NCBI GenBank assembly: GCA_964245885.1
Contig: CAXTOX010000007.1
Span: 22,480 to 46,479, forward strand
Source of the DNA: an uncultured Chthoniobacterales bacterium
GTDB taxonomy: Bacteria > Verrucomicrobiota > Verrucomicrobiia > Chthoniobacterales > SZAS-18
Length of the DNA stretch: 24,000 nt
Reading direction: 5' to 3'
Shown here: piece after piece, positions 23,432 through 24,000 of the stretch
Layout of the letters: every line of letters begins with the position of its first letter
Position numbering within the stretch: position 1 is the first letter of the stretch
The notes under the pieces: model-generated
Seen by the model: only the letters and a program-made list of their open reading frames with translations
Told to the model about the DNA's origin: nothing
The model's database searches: none
Translations under genes and position numbers: made by a program

Positions 23432-24000
23432 GGGGTTCGGTCGAGGCCGGCGACAGGCGAGGTGCTGGCGGTGTGCAGGCCCGGGACGAGAGCGGCCGGG
23501 GAAAGCTCGTCGTTGAGCTTGCGGTACTCCTCCCGGTCGGGTTCCAGACGCAGGGCCGCCGCCGCCGGGGCGCGCGCGCCCTCGCGGTCGCCGCGTTCCA
23601 GACGCACGCAGGCGAGGAGGTAGTTGGTCTTAGCGTCGTTGGCTTCGAGGGCCAGCGAGGCGGCGAGGAGTCTTTCGGCGGGTTCCAGGAACTTCTGCCG
23701 GTAGGCGATGACCGCCAGGTTGTTGAGCGCGCGGTGGTGACGCGGGTCCAGCGCGATGGCCTGGCGGTAACACACCGCGGCACGATTGTAGTCCTCCTTG
23801 CCCAGCCATGCGTTGCCCATGGCAAAATGGGTCTCGGCATTGCCGGGAACCTCCGCGAGCACGCGGTTGAGTTTCTCCAGCGCGCGGTCGAAGCGGTTGT
23901 TCTCGATGTCGGCCAGGCTGCTGTTGTAGATGTCGTGGCTGCGGAGGTCCGCAGCCACCGGGCGGTGGGTGGCGAACGCCGCGCCGACGAGCACGACGGC
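23428..24000 (-). CDS. TPR-repeat protein, partial (N-terminus beyond the window end)
   Basis: TPR-like repeats are AETHFAMGNAWLGKEDYNRAAVCYRQAIALDPRHHRALNNLAVI and NYLLACVRLERGDREGA. The frame is open to the window edge. Confidence 0.7.
   Translation of the reverse strand, partial: AVVLVGAAFATHRPVAADLRSHDIYNSSLADIENNRFDRALEKLNRVLAEVPGNAETHFAMGNAWLGKEDYNRAAVCYRQAIALDPRHHRALNNLAVIAYRQKFLEPAERLLAASLALEANDAKTNYLLACVRLERGDREGARAPAAAALRLEPDREEYRKLNDELSPAALVPGLHTASTSPVAGLDRTP

Noticed and set aside
22295-23840. 442 aa + strand ORF and 289 aa - strand ORF (22971-23840)
   Set aside because: They overlap the GT-C and TPR genes in other frames. Their extremely Arg/Gln/Pro-rich composition and lack of TM helices contrast with the coherent polytopic GT-C reading frame.

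Overview
GC-rich bacterial chromosomal window. A PEP-CTERM/autotransporter-beta-strand-repeat protein, a pseudopilin-like segment and several REP-type palindrome families suggest a Verrucomicrobiota/Planctomycetota-like host; this is inference only. The window has three blocks. (1) 1-5503, + strand: a membrane/envelope cluster. It holds a partial membrane-anchored protein, a substrate-binding-domain/OmpA-C fusion, a 2-TM coiled-coil protein, a PspA/IM30 (ESCRT-III superfamily) protein and a classical-clade AAA+ ATPase. (2) 5596-12369: a complete RNA-repair locus. On the minus strand it runs sigma54 promoter, rsr (Ro60/TROVE), four tandem structured Y-RNA-like units in a 0.8 kb non-coding gap, rtcB and rtcA, with rtcR transcribed divergently. 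Three of the four RNA units carry circularly permuted tRNA-like modules. I consider this RNA array the most interesting part of the window. (3) 12383-24000: housekeeping and cell-surface genes. These are a secreted hypothetical protein, serA, a membrane hypothetical, a large lipoprotein with an embedded pilin-like segment, a GT2/methyltransferase fusion, a small secreted protein, a PEP-CTERM protein, a GT-C glycosyltransferase and a partial TPR protein. At least four unrelated palindromic repeat families fill the intergenic regions. I found no rRNA, canonical tRNA, CRISPR array, transposase or integrase. Many long ORFs in the track are antisense shadows typical of GC-rich DNA.
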